Shown here in pieces: positions 11,096 through 21,214 of a stretch of DNA of 64,000 bases. This DNA comes from an uncultured Thermoplasmata archaeon. Its GTDB lineage: Archaea > Thermoplasmatota > Thermoplasmata > Halarchaeoplasmatales > Halarchaeoplasmataceae. The number at the start of each line of letters is the position of its first letter. Positions within the stretch are counted from its first letter, which is position 1. The notes under the pieces are model-generated. The model saw only the letters and a program-made list of their open reading frames with translations, made no database searches and was not told where the DNA came from. A program made the position numbers and the translations under genes. Location: assembly GCA_964602715.1 (NCBI GenBank), contig CAZRSB010000005.1, positions 1,105 through 65,104 on the forward strand, in the 5' to 3' direction.

Positions 11096-11622
11096 GGAGA
11101 GATTCTATGTTGGTTTTGGATACAAGTGCCTTCATATCTCTCGGGATTTGCGATTGCGTCGAGATATTGTTGGACGAATTCGATGTTCATACTTCTAATG
11201 CGGTGATGGATGAGCTGGAGGAACTGAGCAGTTACGATGATTTGGAGGCTGAGATTGCGGAGAGATGGTTAAAGAGAAAAGATCAGTTGAATGTTCATCA
11301 GATAGGTGAGGCCGGTGAGTTCGATCACGGCAGGATCGATAGGGGCGAAGGATCCTGTGCTGTTCTAGCTAAAAAGACGGACGCTGAGTTTTTGATAACT
11401 GACGATGTAAGAGCCCTTCCTTTCCTCAAAAATATAGCTTTAACCGAAATTGTGATATCCCCTATCGTTCTGAAAGCGCTGGTGAAGAGAGGGTTGTTGA
11501 GTAATGACGAAGCTACGGAAAAACTAGAGAAGTTGATCGAGAAGAGAGATTGGTTTGAAACGCCAATCTATGAAAGGTCGTTAGAGTTTTTTGGAGACGT
11601 ATCTACGGACGATAGTTCCTAG
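11092..11622 (+). CDS. PIN-domain (VapC-like) nuclease
   Basis: 176 aa carrying 'LVLDTSAFI' (Asp1), 'MDELEEL' (Glu) and 'FLITDDV' (Asp3), which are the PIN catalytic acidic residues. Confidence 0.65.
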   Translation: MRRDSMLVLDTSAFISLGICDCVEILLDEFDVHTSNAVMDELEELSSYDDLEAEIAERWLKRKDQLNVHQIGEAGEFDHGRIDRGEGSCAVLAKKTDAEFLITDDVRALPFLKNIALTEIVISPIVLKALVKRGLLSNDEATEKLEKLIEKRDWFETPIYERSLEFFGDVSTDDSS

Positions 11623-11930
11623 ATGTTTAGTCCCTTATAAGCCCCAAAAGTCGAGTCATTGACTATAAAAGGTTCGATATACGCCATCATTTTTAATATT
11701 AATTCATATAATAATCAAAGCCATATTATTCTAATTGTCTTAAATTAATAAAAATAACAATATTTATATACGTCCATATCTATCACTGCATGATAACATG
11801 TACATAGAAAAAGAATACAAAAAATTATCTACAAATGTTCAAAGAAGGTGGGGGACAGAGATAGAGAAAGAAAGGAGGGATCATTTTATGCCCCCGCCTG
11901 GGGGAAATTAAACTAGATACAAATACAATC

Positions 11931-13115
11931 GTGCTGAAGATCGGTGGTTCGTGCCTAAAGGATGGAAATACGCTTAAAAATTCCATTAAGAGGATAGACT
12001 CCTGCATCAAAAATAATATAATTCCCATTGTAGTGGTTTCAGCTCTTAATGGGCTAACGGACCAACTGGTTCACATAGTTGAAAATAATATTGAGGAAAA
12101 TTCTTCTGTAAGAGATACGATAATATCTAAGGGAGAACAGTTCAGCGCGGAACTCATCGAATATATTTTAGATCACAAAGGATTAGAGTCCAAAAGCCTG
12201 AATTTAAGTGATGATGACTTTCCAATAATTACTGAGATGGAAGAACACGAGCTAAAAATAGATTTCGAAAAAACAATGTCTAAAGCAAAGGAAATACTGC
12301 CTTCTCTATTAAGTAAAGGGATCATACCTATCATTCCAGGTTTTGTTGGCAAAACAAATGATGGAGATATCCAAACTTTTGGGAGAGGAGGATCTGATAC
12401 CACTGCTATCATCATGGGGTCCATTTTATCAGTGGATGAAATAATTTTACTAAAAGACGTGCCAGGTATAATGAGATGTGATCCTAAAATAAGTCAAGAA
12501 GATAAAGTGATAGAAAAAATTGAAGCGAAAAAAGTGATGCACATTGGCAATAATGGAGGAGAAATAGTAAATCCTGAGGCTTTGAAATACAAAAACAACT
12601 CTACTGATATAAGAGTAGTAAATTTTGATAATGAAAATTTCCTAAAAGAAGGAACTAAAATAGTAGGAACTACAAGAAATTACGAGACTTTCACTGTTCA
12701 CGAGTCTCTCGCTATGATTTCTATAGTACCTAATGGCTCTACTAATAAAATAGATAAATATTTTGATCGATTAGGGAAAAATAAAATTGATTGCATTGAA
12801 AACTTCAAATCTAAAGAATATTGGTCAATCTGCCTAGAACAAGTAGAACTAGATAATGCGATAAGAGTTATTCATGATGAAATAAAGAGTAGTGATGATG
12901 AAATTGCGATCAGTCACGAAAAGGATATTGCTTTGATAGAGATAAAATTTGGTCCGAACATAGACTTAAATAAACATCTTTTCAAAATCCATAAAAAATT
13001 ATTCGAAAATTCTATAAGGATAATATCTACCAAGTTTGATAATCATGACCTTATTTTAACTATAAAAAATGAAGATTTAGAAGAGTTCATGAACGCTTTG
13101 GAGATGATAGCATGA
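11931..13115 (+). CDS. lysC: Aspartate kinase
   Basis: 394 aa with a GTG start and the 'VLKIGGSCL' amino-acid-kinase N-terminus; a C-terminal ACT-like region. Confidence 0.8.
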   Translation: MLKIGGSCLKDGNTLKNSIKRIDSCIKNNIIPIVVVSALNGLTDQLVHIVENNIEENSSVRDTIISKGEQFSAELIEYILDHKGLESKSLNLSDDDFPIITEMEEHELKIDFEKTMSKAKEILPSLLSKGIIPIIPGFVGKTNDGDIQTFGRGGSDTTAIIMGSILSVDEIILLKDVPGIMRCDPKISQEDKVIEKIEAKKVMHIGNNGGEIVNPEALKYKNNSTDIRVVNFDNENFLKEGTKIVGTTRNYETFTVHESLAMISIVPNGSTNKIDKYFDRLGKNKIDCIENFKSKEYWSICLEQVELDNAIRVIHDEIKSSDDEIAISHEKDIALIEIKFGPNIDLNKHLFKIHKKLFENSIRIISTKFDNHDLILTIKNEDLEEFMNALEMIA

Positions 13116-14143
13116 AAGTTGGAATTGTAGGAGCGACTGGTTTAGTTGGACAGCGATTCGTTCAGTTACTGGAAGACCATCCTTATTTTGAGATATCTGA
13201 ATTAGTGGCTAGTGAAACCTCGGCAGGGAAGAGATATGAAGAAGCAATAGAGAATGAAATAAGGGATACTCCCGAGACAATTGGGAATAAACTAGTGAAA
13301 GACCTCGATGATGATCTGGACTGCAGATTAATATTTTCTGCACTACCAGCCAAAATAGCTAAAAAGATCGAGATTTCACTGATGGAAAAAGGATATGGAA
13401 TATTGACAAATGCTAGTGTACATAGGATGGCCCCCGATGTGCCATTATTGATTCCAGAGGTGAACTCAGATCATTTAAAATTGATAAAGGAACAGCAAGA
13501 AATCAAACATGACGGATTTTTAATAGCTAATCCAAACTGTTCTACAATACAATTGGCTTTAGCTTTAAAACCTATAGAAGAAAGTTTTGGTCTAAAAAAG
13601 ATAAACGTAGTAACTCTTCAGGCACTTTCTGGAGCCGGATATAAAGGTGTAGGTGCTTTTGAATCTGCTGATAATGTGATCCCATTTATACCTGGCGAAG
13701 AAAATAAAATAGAAGAGGAATTAAAGAAAATATTTGGAAAATTAAATGGAGATTGCATTGAAAAAGAGAAATTCATGACGAGTGCTTCTTGTAATAGAGT
13801 GAATATAACAGATGGTCATCTAGAAAATGTCTCTATTGAACTCAAAGAACAAACCGATATAGAAGAACTAAAAGAAATCATTGAAAATTTCACTCCATTA
13901 GAAAATGATTGTTTACCTACAGCTCCTGCTAAGCCCTTAATTTACATCGATGAAAAAGATCGCCCTCAACCAAGGATAGAACTTTCTAGTTTAGAAAAAT
14001 CGATGTCAGTATATATAGGAAGGTTGAGAAATGACCCTATTTTAGACTTCAAATTCATAATCTTAGGACATAACACTATCAGGGGAGCAGCTGGAGCGAG
14101 TATATTAAATGCTGAGTTATTGTATTCTAAAGGATTGATATAA
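13112..14143 (+). CDS. asd: Aspartate-semialdehyde dehydrogenase
   Basis: 343 aa with 'VGIVGATGLVGQ' NAD(P)-binding motif and the active-site region 'NPNCSTI'. Has a 4-nt overlap with lysC. Confidence 0.85.
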   Translation: MKVGIVGATGLVGQRFVQLLEDHPYFEISELVASETSAGKRYEEAIENEIRDTPETIGNKLVKDLDDDLDCRLIFSALPAKIAKKIEISLMEKGYGILTNASVHRMAPDVPLLIPEVNSDHLKLIKEQQEIKHDGFLIANPNCSTIQLALALKPIEESFGLKKINVVTLQALSGAGYKGVGAFESADNVIPFIPGEENKIEEELKKIFGKLNGDCIEKEKFMTSASCNRVNITDGHLENVSIELKEQTDIEELKEIIENFTPLENDCLPTAPAKPLIYIDEKDRPQPRIELSSLEKSMSVYIGRLRNDPILDFKFIILGHNTIRGAAGASILNAELLYSKGLI

Positions 14144-14196
14144 AATAAATGGCATTAGTATATTTCCTATGAAATATATAAAATAGGAGTGATATA

Positions 14197-15303
14197 GTGA
14201 ATGAAGATAAATTAAAAAAATTGAAAATCGAAAATTTCAAATTCCGATCTGGGAAAAAGATCCCTCTCAGCATAGCATTTGAAACTTATGGGGATCTCAA
14301 TAATTCTAAATCCAATGCTGTACTGATATGTCACCCTCTGACCCACAGTTCCCATGTAGCAAAACATCATGAAGGGGATGAAAAAGGTTGGTGGAAAGAT
14401 ATGGTTGGTCCTGGAAAATACATTGATACTAACAATCACTTTGTTCTATGTGTCAATGTGCCAGGTAGTTGTTATGGAACTACGGGACCTTCATCTATAG
14501 ATCCTGATACTGGGAAACCTTATGGGTCAGACTTTCCAAAGGTCACGATATCGGATATGGTAAAAACTCAGAGATTAGTAATTGATAACCTGGGGATAGA
14601 TAAATTAAAATCGGTAATTGGGGGCAGTATCGGCGGTCAACAAGTTCTAGAATGGTCAAAAAGGTATCCTTCTAAGACTAAAAGTATAATACCTATAGCT
14701 ACAGCAGCTAGGGTATCTCCGATGTTATTAGGTTTTAGATACGTTTCACAAAATGCTATCCAGTCTGATCCAAACTGGTCAGGAGGAAATTATTATGATG
14801 AGAAAAAAAGCCCAAAATTGGGACTAAAATTCGCTAGACAATTAGGACATCTTACTTATCTTTCAAGGGAGGGGATGAAGAAGAAATTTGGGAGAAAGAA
14901 AATTGAAAAAGGCGGAGAAGTTGAATTTGAGGTCGAAAATTATCTGAAATATCAGGCGGATAAATTTGTAGAAAGGTTTGATCCTAACTCTTATCTATAT
15001 TTAACAGCAGCTATGAATAAATATGATCTCTCCAAAGGTTACGCAAATGATAAAGAAGCTGTTAAGGATTTTAACGGATTGGTTTACCTCCTATCAATAG
15101 ATTCAGATTGGCATTTTACTGTAGAAGAATCGGAGTATTTAGCAGAAGTGTATGAGCATACGGACTGTCTAGTGCTGCATGATACGATAGAAAGTCCACA
15201 CGGCCACGATGCATTTCTGATTGAAACAGAGAGATTAGGCAAAAAAATTCAGTTGCTTTTAGATTATCTGTCCGATGGTGGATTAGAAACATTTTTAAAT
15301 TAA
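14197..15303 (+). CDS. metX: Homoserine O-acetyltransferase
   Basis: 368 aa alpha/beta hydrolase with the 'GGSIGG' nucleophile-elbow variant and a MetX-like length. Confidence 0.85.
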   Translation: MNEDKLKKLKIENFKFRSGKKIPLSIAFETYGDLNNSKSNAVLICHPLTHSSHVAKHHEGDEKGWWKDMVGPGKYIDTNNHFVLCVNVPGSCYGTTGPSSIDPDTGKPYGSDFPKVTISDMVKTQRLVIDNLGIDKLKSVIGGSIGGQQVLEWSKRYPSKTKSIIPIATAARVSPMLLGFRYVSQNAIQSDPNWSGGNYYDEKKSPKLGLKFARQLGHLTYLSREGMKKKFGRKKIEKGGEVEFEVENYLKYQADKFVERFDPNSYLYLTAAMNKYDLSKGYANDKEAVKDFNGLVYLLSIDSDWHFTVEESEYLAEVYEHTDCLVLHDTIESPHGHDAFLIETERLGKKIQLLLDYLSDGGLETFLN

Positions 15304-15316
15304 TTGAGGTGAAAGA

Positions 15317-16288
15317 ATGGAAGAAAAAAAAGAAAAAATTGATGAAGTCTGTAAAAAAGAGGACAAACCAGTAACAATCGAAGCTATTCCTTATAGAGGT
15401 TCCAATTTAGATGAATATACAACCGAATTAAAAAAGACAGGGATTACTGAATTAGCAACTTTCATGAACATTTGTGATAACCCAGTAGGAAAGGTACATA
15501 CCGCCCCCATCTCTATAGCACATTTAATAAAAAACAGTTTAGGGATCACCCCTATAGTTCATATTACCTGTAAAAATTCGACATTGAGTTCCATCCAAAG
15601 AAGGTTTTTAGGTCTAGATGCCTTAGGAATAAATAATCTATTGATTGTTTCGGGTGATGGTCCTATCGGGGATTATAGAAATGAATACACCCCCTCTTAC
15701 ATGAATTCTATAAATTTGATAAAAGGAATCAAAGACCATCTCAACCAAGGTAAATTGATTCCTGATTATTCTAATAGAAGATATGTAAAAGAAAATACTA
15801 ATCAGATTGATGATAAAATTGAAAATTTTGAGATCGAAAATAATACGGATTTTACAGTTGGTGGGGTGATCATCCCTGAAAGAAAAGGCGAATTAGAATA
15901 TGCAAAGAACAAAATAGAGTGTGGGGTAGATTTTTTCCAAACTCAAATAGTATACGATAAATATCATATTTGCTCTTTCATCGAAGATCTTGATGCTGAA
16001 GTAAAAAATTGTCCTCCTATTTTATTAGGTGTAAGACCAATATCTTCATATGAAGAAATTAAGTTCATAGCTGACAATATCCCTCAAGTTAAAGTACCAG
16101 AAAGTCAATTAAAAGAGATAAGAAACACAGAAGATGTTAAGGAATTTTCTGCTGATATGATTTTAGAAATCATAAATTTTGTTTATGATAATATAGAAAG
16201 AAATACATCTGGAGTTGAATTAGGGATTCATATTATTCCCGGTAATAATTATGAAATCACAAAAAAGATAATAGAGGAGATAAATTGA
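15317..16288 (+). CDS. Methylenetetrahydrofolate-reductase-like protein (MetF-like)
   Basis: 323 aa with 'HITC' (cf. HLTC), 'LLIVSGDGP' (cf. ALRGDPP), 'FFQTQIVYD' and 'IIPG' motifs that align with MTHFR landmarks. Confidence 0.65.
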   Translation: MEEKKEKIDEVCKKEDKPVTIEAIPYRGSNLDEYTTELKKTGITELATFMNICDNPVGKVHTAPISIAHLIKNSLGITPIVHITCKNSTLSSIQRRFLGLDALGINNLLIVSGDGPIGDYRNEYTPSYMNSINLIKGIKDHLNQGKLIPDYSNRRYVKENTNQIDDKIENFEIENNTDFTVGGVIIPERKGELEYAKNKIECGVDFFQTQIVYDKYHICSFIEDLDAEVKNCPPILLGVRPISSYEEIKFIADNIPQVKVPESQLKEIRNTEDVKEFSADMILEIINFVYDNIERNTSGVELGIHIIPGNNYEITKKIIEEIN

Positions 16289-16869
16289 CGGATAGTGAGC
16301 TATATCCATGGGCTGGTGATTTTTCTACAGGAGATCTAAACTCTCCTATAGCAATTGTCACGTTAGCCGAAGATCTCGAATTTGATCCTGATAAAGTAGC
16401 TATATGGGGTCCTATGAGAACAGAGAACCTAGGAATAGAAAAGGTTGTAGCGAATACCATCTCTAATCCTAATATTAGATATTTGTTTGTGTGTGGTGAA
16501 GAGATAAAGGGACACAAATCAGGTAGGTCATTAATCGCTCTATGGAAAAATGGGATCGATAAAAGAGGTAAGATAAAAAAAGCTCCAGGAGCTGTCCCGT
16601 ATATAGAGAATCTTTCTTCAGAAGCTGTAGAACGGTTCCAAAATCAGATCGAAGTTGTAGATAAAATAGGAATAACTTGTGAAAGAGAAATAGAAGCTCA
16701 CATCGCAGATTATATTAAGAAAGAACCGGGCTCTTTTGAAAAACCTTATATTGCAATTAAAATAGAAAAAAAAGAAAAATCTATTATAGATACAGATTTT
16801 GCATTACATTCCTCATTAAAGGTGTCCGTATGGGGTAAAATTTCAAATATAGAAGAAGAGGTGAAATGA
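16285..16869 (+). CDS. MtrA-like corrinoid-binding protein (no C-terminal membrane anchor)
   Basis: 194 aa. 'TENLGIEKVVANTISNPNIRYLFVCGEEIKGHKSG' matches the conserved MtrA cobamide-binding core. Has a 4-nt overlap with both flanking genes. Confidence 0.7.
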   Translation: MTDSELYPWAGDFSTGDLNSPIAIVTLAEDLEFDPDKVAIWGPMRTENLGIEKVVANTISNPNIRYLFVCGEEIKGHKSGRSLIALWKNGIDKRGKIKKAPGAVPYIENLSSEAVERFQNQIEVVDKIGITCEREIEAHIADYIKKEPGSFEKPYIAIKIEKKEKSIIDTDFALHSSLKVSVWGKISNIEEEVK

Positions 16870-17783
16870 TGTTCAATTATACTGAGGAGCAGAAATGCTG
16901 CGAGTTCGAAGAAGTAAAAATAGGAGGACAGCCAGGAGTTTTACCCACTCTTATGATAGGATCAATTTTTTACGAAAATCAATTTCAAGATTTAAAGACA
17001 TCTAAAAAGGAAGCGATTAAGCTGATTGAAGAACAAAGAAATTTGTCGAAGATCACCTCTGTACCGTCATTAGTCGATATTTTCATATATGAAAAAGAGG
17101 AGATAGATTGGAAACTAGATTTTGCCCTTGATAATATAGATGGTATGTTCAGTTTAGATATGCCCGAATCAGAGGTCAGGATCGAAGTACTCAAACGTTT
17201 GGATGAGATGGATGCTCTAGATAGGGTTGTTTATAATAGCTTAAACCTAGGGTTGACGGATGAAGAAGAAAAAAGATTAAGAGAGAAACCACCTAGATCC
17301 ACTATTTTACTAGGTTATAATCCACAAAAAAATAACACTCAGGGAAGATTAGAAATCATTGAAAATGGCGGTAAATTGATGGAAAAGGGTCTATTACCTT
17401 TAGCCGAAGATATTGGTATAGACTTCCCTCTTCTTGATACTGCAGCCACGCCCTTTGGGGAGAAGGCTTGTGAAGGGTTGAGAGCCATCCCTGTTTTCAA
17501 AAATGAGTTCGGCTTACCAACAGGTTGTGCTTTCCATAATACAGTAGAATCCTGGAATTGGTTAAAAAATTATGAAAAAAAAGAAGAAATTTTCAATGCT
17601 TTAGATACGTCAATAAACAACCTTCCAGTATTGTTTGGTGCAGATTTCATTTATTATGGTCCAATCGAAAATTCATCCATAGCACTTCCTAACATCGCGA
17701 TGATAAATAAATTATTGGCAGAAGGAGCAGAAGATTATTTTGGAGAGGATATAAATAAAAATCACCCATACTATTCACTTTAA
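16866..17783 (+). CDS. MtrH-like pterin-binding methyltransferase
   Basis: 305 aa with an N-terminal 'KIGGQPGVLPTLMIGSIFY' matching the MtrH signature (IGGQPGE.PTVL.G.IFY). Confidence 0.75.
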   Translation: MMFNYTEEQKCCEFEEVKIGGQPGVLPTLMIGSIFYENQFQDLKTSKKEAIKLIEEQRNLSKITSVPSLVDIFIYEKEEIDWKLDFALDNIDGMFSLDMPESEVRIEVLKRLDEMDALDRVVYNSLNLGLTDEEEKRLREKPPRSTILLGYNPQKNNTQGRLEIIENGGKLMEKGLLPLAEDIGIDFPLLDTAATPFGEKACEGLRAIPVFKNEFGLPTGCAFHNTVESWNWLKNYEKKEEIFNALDTSINNLPVLFGADFIYYGPIENSSIALPNIAMINKLLAEGAEDYFGEDINKNHPYYSL

Positions 17784-17957
17784 ATTTGTAGGAGGATAAA
17801 TCATGATAAGAGATAGAATAGATATAAAGCAGATAGATAAAAAGGTCGGTTCCATGTATTATTGTTTATCCTACCCTACAAATAAAATATCAAAAAATAT
17901 TTGTAATTCGAATAGTATTCATAAAGTATCTAAAATTATTAAAATGAAGGTGATATT

Positions 17958-18488
17958 GTGTTTTTAGAATATGAAACGTTGGTTAAAGAAATAAAGTCTA
18001 AACGAAAAGAACTAGGTTGGTCTCAGAAAAAGTTGGCTGAAAAAGCTGGAGTCTCTCAATCATTGATTGCTAAATTCGAGAGAATGGAAAATGTGCCAAA
18101 CTATGAATCCGTAAAAAAAATCTACCAGGTTTTACAAGAAGAAAAGGATATAGAATATGTTGGAGATTATGCTAATGAAAATATAATATCGATAAACAGC
18201 GATGATACGGTAGGTAAGGCTATCGACGTTATGCTAGAAAATGATTTTTCTCAACTCCCTGTAAAAGAAGAGGGTGATTACGTAGGTATGGTTTTAAGTA
18301 GTGATGTGGTTGGAGAGGATAGAGAAAAAAGAGTAAGGGATGTGATGAAAAACTCATTTCCTATACTGCCTGCTAAAAGTTCAAAATCAGTAGTCATCGA
18401 ACTCCTCAAAGAAAAAAAATACAATGCTGTTCTGATAAAGGATGAAGATAAAAATTGGAAAATTATAACTCCTGCAGATTTATTATAA
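17958..18488 (+). CDS. HTH (XRE-type) transcriptional regulator with CBS-domain pair
   Basis: 176 aa with an N-terminal 'LGWSQKKLAEKAGVSQSLIAKFE' HTH_3 pattern and a C-terminal CBS-pair-like region. Confidence 0.7.
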   Translation: MFLEYETLVKEIKSKRKELGWSQKKLAEKAGVSQSLIAKFERMENVPNYESVKKIYQVLQEEKDIEYVGDYANENIISINSDDTVGKAIDVMLENDFSQLPVKEEGDYVGMVLSSDVVGEDREKRVRDVMKNSFPILPAKSSKSVVIELLKEKKYNAVLIKDEDKNWKIITPADLL

Positions 18489-18793
18489 ATGATTCTTCAA
18501 CTCTATCTTTAACGAAAATTCATTCTCCACTTAAACCTCTATAACATCTCTCATTTGTATCACACAGTCATTGATTTATTTTTCTTCTGAATTATTGAAT
18601 ACTAACGTTTAGTGGAAATTTTCATTCCCACGCTCCATAGAATTTATTTAAATTCCGTGTAAATGCACAGCATTTGACAAGGACCTTCAGAGCTAATTCT
18701 CTCCATCTAAGCCAGCCTTACGACTGGAGATGTAGTCGTCCATCTTTGCTTTATAGAGTTAATAACTGCTTCTACGATCTCTCGATTGTGATA

Positions 18794-19249
18794 TTAATCC
18801 AACCATTCTTCTTCTTCTTTTTCAGTAAATTCATAGAAAGAGGCCTTCTGTGCAGAACAATCTTTTGTTCTTCCAGTAGCGTTTTCACTGAAAGACAAGA
18901 ACGATTGTTCATTCTTATCATCTACTAACTGACAGTTTTGTCTACTAGAATAAGCACCGTCACACCTGACTTTTTCAACATGAGGAAGGTATTTGATCAA
19001 CCGTTCGAAGACTAGACTATCATGACTTTTCCCATCAGTGATTGAAAACTGATGGATTATACCAGTTTCAACATCGACAGCAATATGTAATTTTAAGTAC
19101 TCTTTCAGGCTGTTCTCTTTTTGGACTTTGATGTCAAACCACTTGGAGCTGTTAGTAGTACTGAAGCCAGTACTATCAACAGCTATGTTCATATTTCTTT
19201 TTCTAAACTCTTTGACAATAAATCGGATCAACTTTCTCAAATAGACCAT
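18794..19249 (-). pseudogene. IS5-family (ISH-like) DDE transposase remnant
   Basis: 151 aa fragment with 'IAVDSTGF...KLHIAVDVETGII...CDGAYSS' DDE_Tnp_1 core motifs. The N-terminal HTH part and the C-terminal end are missing, and no terminal inverted repeats are evident. Confidence 0.6.
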
Positions 19250-19276
19250 ACTAAGTTTATCTATACCTCTATGTAA

Positions 19277-19297
19277 GCAGGAATTATAAATTCCTGC
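19277..19297. repeat. Perfect palindrome gcaggaattataaattcctgc next to the IS remnant
   Basis: Read directly as a 9-bp stem with a 3-nt loop; a related motif occurs beside tRNA-Gln at 32535..32556. Confidence 0.4.
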
Positions 19298-19375
19298 GCT
19301 CTTAGGAAAATTAGTTATTTTACTATAAAAGGAGCCTAAGCATTTTTAAAGTAAGTTTAGGATATATCATATCTA

Positions 19376-19404
19376 GTCAAAAGAAATCCAGTCAAAAGAA
19401 ATAA
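19376..19404. repeat. Tandem direct repeat (agtcaaaagaaat x2)
   Basis: Two adjacent ~14-nt copies read directly in the intergenic region. Confidence 0.4.
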
Positions 19405-19686
19405 TGATCGCAGTTATTATATTGGAAAAAGGCTTCTTGAATATATGGAATACCGAGGGATACGGATTTGATTTATCTATTAGTCCTCTATGAAACCTTT
19501 AGAGGTAGAAAGAGAAGACAAAATTTATATTTAAAATCACAAACATATTTGGAAAGCGATACTTTGAATTAGAGAATATTAAAATCATTTAGAGTCTGAA
19601 AAATAAAATCTGTTTTTGATTCAACCGCGTAAAGGATACTGTTTAAAGGGCTTGGAGTATATCTCTTTAAATTTCATTGCTGACCA

Positions 19687-20979
19687 TTAGATTTCATTTA
19701 AGGCTTGGTCAACATCTTCAATTATGTCTTCTAAAGCCTCTATCCCTATTGATAAACGTATGAAATCCTCGGTTATACCACCTTCTCTTCGCTGTTTTGG
19801 TAATAATTGTGAATGAGTTGTACTCCATGGATGTATCGCTAATGATTTTGCATCCCCAACATTTGCTAAGTGGGAAAAAAGCTCTAAATTTTCTATAAAT
19901 TTTTTTCCAGCTTTACTTCCCCCTTTTATTCCAAACCCGACCATTCCTCCATAACCATTGTCTAAATACTTCTTTGCTAAATTATGAGTTTCATGAGTTG
20001 GTAGTCCTGGATAAGTAACCCATTTTATTTTGGGATGATCTTCAAGGAACTTAGCCACCTCTTTAGCATTCCTTGAATGTTTTTCCATCCTGAGATGCAG
20101 AGTTTCTAATCCCTGCAAAAATAAAAATCCATTGAATGGGCTCATACATGGTCCTAGGTCTCGAGTATATCGAGATTTTAACTTCATGATATAGGAAAGC
20201 TCATTGAATTCCTCTTGATAATTAATACCACCTCTATACCCTAAGTCAATCTCTGTAAGTTCAGGAAAATCCCCTTCATCCCAGTCAAAGTTTCCAGAAT
20301 CTACTACTATTCCTCCTATCACGGTTCCATGGCCTCCTATCCATTTAGTTGCTGAATGAGTTATGATATCTGCTCCCCACTTAATTGGATTACATAAATA
20401 AGGGGTTGCGAATGTATTATCTATGAAAAGAGGGATATCGTTTTCGTGGGCTACTGATGCGATTTCATCGATATCTAACACGTTTAGCTTAGGATTACCT
20501 ATGGTTTCACCAAAAACAGCCTTTGTTCTTGAATCGATTGCTTCAGAAAAATTCTGTGGCGATGGTTCAACAAATTCAACGTCTATTTCAAATTTGTTTG
20601 AAAAGGTCAGATCGAATAAGGTAACTGTTCCACCATATAATGTTTTAGATGCGACAATCTTATCGCCAGGACCAGCGATCGTAAGCAAAGCTAAAGTGTT
20701 CGCTGATTGGCCTGAGGCAGTGGCAGCAGCAGCTATCCCTCCCTCAAGAGCTGCTAATCTCTTTTCTAATATCTCATAGGTTGGATTAGTAAAACGGCTA
20801 TAGATCTGACCTGGAAATTCAGGAGATTCCAAACCAAACAGTTCGGCCGCTTGTTCAGTACTTTCAAATGTGTAAGCTACCGTAGGATAGATAGGTGGCG
20901 CTCTTGCCCGAGTAGAGGGATCCGGCTTTTGACCTGCGTGCAGTGCCTTTGTTTCAGGTCTATAATCTTCTTTTGACAT
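19687..20979 (-). CDS. metY: O-acetylhomoserine sulfhydrylase (PLP-dependent Cys/Met metabolism enzyme)
   Basis: 430 aa with '[10 protein letters not shown]' PLP-lysine region typical of MetY/MetZ. Confidence 0.85.
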   Translation of the reverse strand: MSKEDYRPETKALHAGQKPDPSTRARAPPIYPTVAYTFESTEQAAELFGLESPEFPGQIYSRFTNPTYEILEKRLAALEGGIAAAATASGQSANTLALLTIAGPGDKIVASKTLYGGTVTLFDLTFSNKFEIDVEFVEPSPQNFSEAIDSRTKAVFGETIGNPKLNVLDIDEIASVAHENDIPLFIDNTFATPYLCNPIKWGADIITHSATKWIGGHGTVIGGIVVDSGNFDWDEGDFPELTEIDLGYRGGINYQEEFNELSYIMKLKSRYTRDLGPCMSPFNGFLFLQGLETLHLRMEKHSRNAKEVAKFLEDHPKIKWVTYPGLPTHETHNLAKKYLDNGYGGMVGFGIKGGSKAGKKFIENLELFSHLANVGDAKSLAIHPWSTTHSQLLPKQRREGGITEDFIRLSIGIEALEDIIEDVDQALNEI

Positions 20980-21214
20980 TTTTATTCGACCTCATTTACA
21001 TTTTTTACTTCTAAAAGCAAAACGATTATATAAATATTTTCTATTTTATTAAATTGTTGATATTAGAATAATATCTCTTCGTACATTATTCGAATAGAGA
21101 AATATAATTCAATTAGGAATGGTTGGATAAGTTGATTCATCTAAATATCCATATAATAGTCTCTCTATTTAATGTTTCACTTCAGGACAAGTTTCCCTAT
21201 ACTTAAATTAAAAG

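Noticed and set aside
10747-11190. 147-aa antisense ORF covering the RHH gene
   Set aside because: It is opened only by the elevated GC of this island. Its product is Ser-rich low complexity, whereas the sense-strand RHH/PIN pair has clear motifs and operon-like overlap.
17803-17965. About 54-codon ORF in the spacer between the MtrH-like and HTH-CBS genes
   Set aside because: Lys/Ile-rich translation of AT-rich DNA that overlaps the next gene's start; no support.
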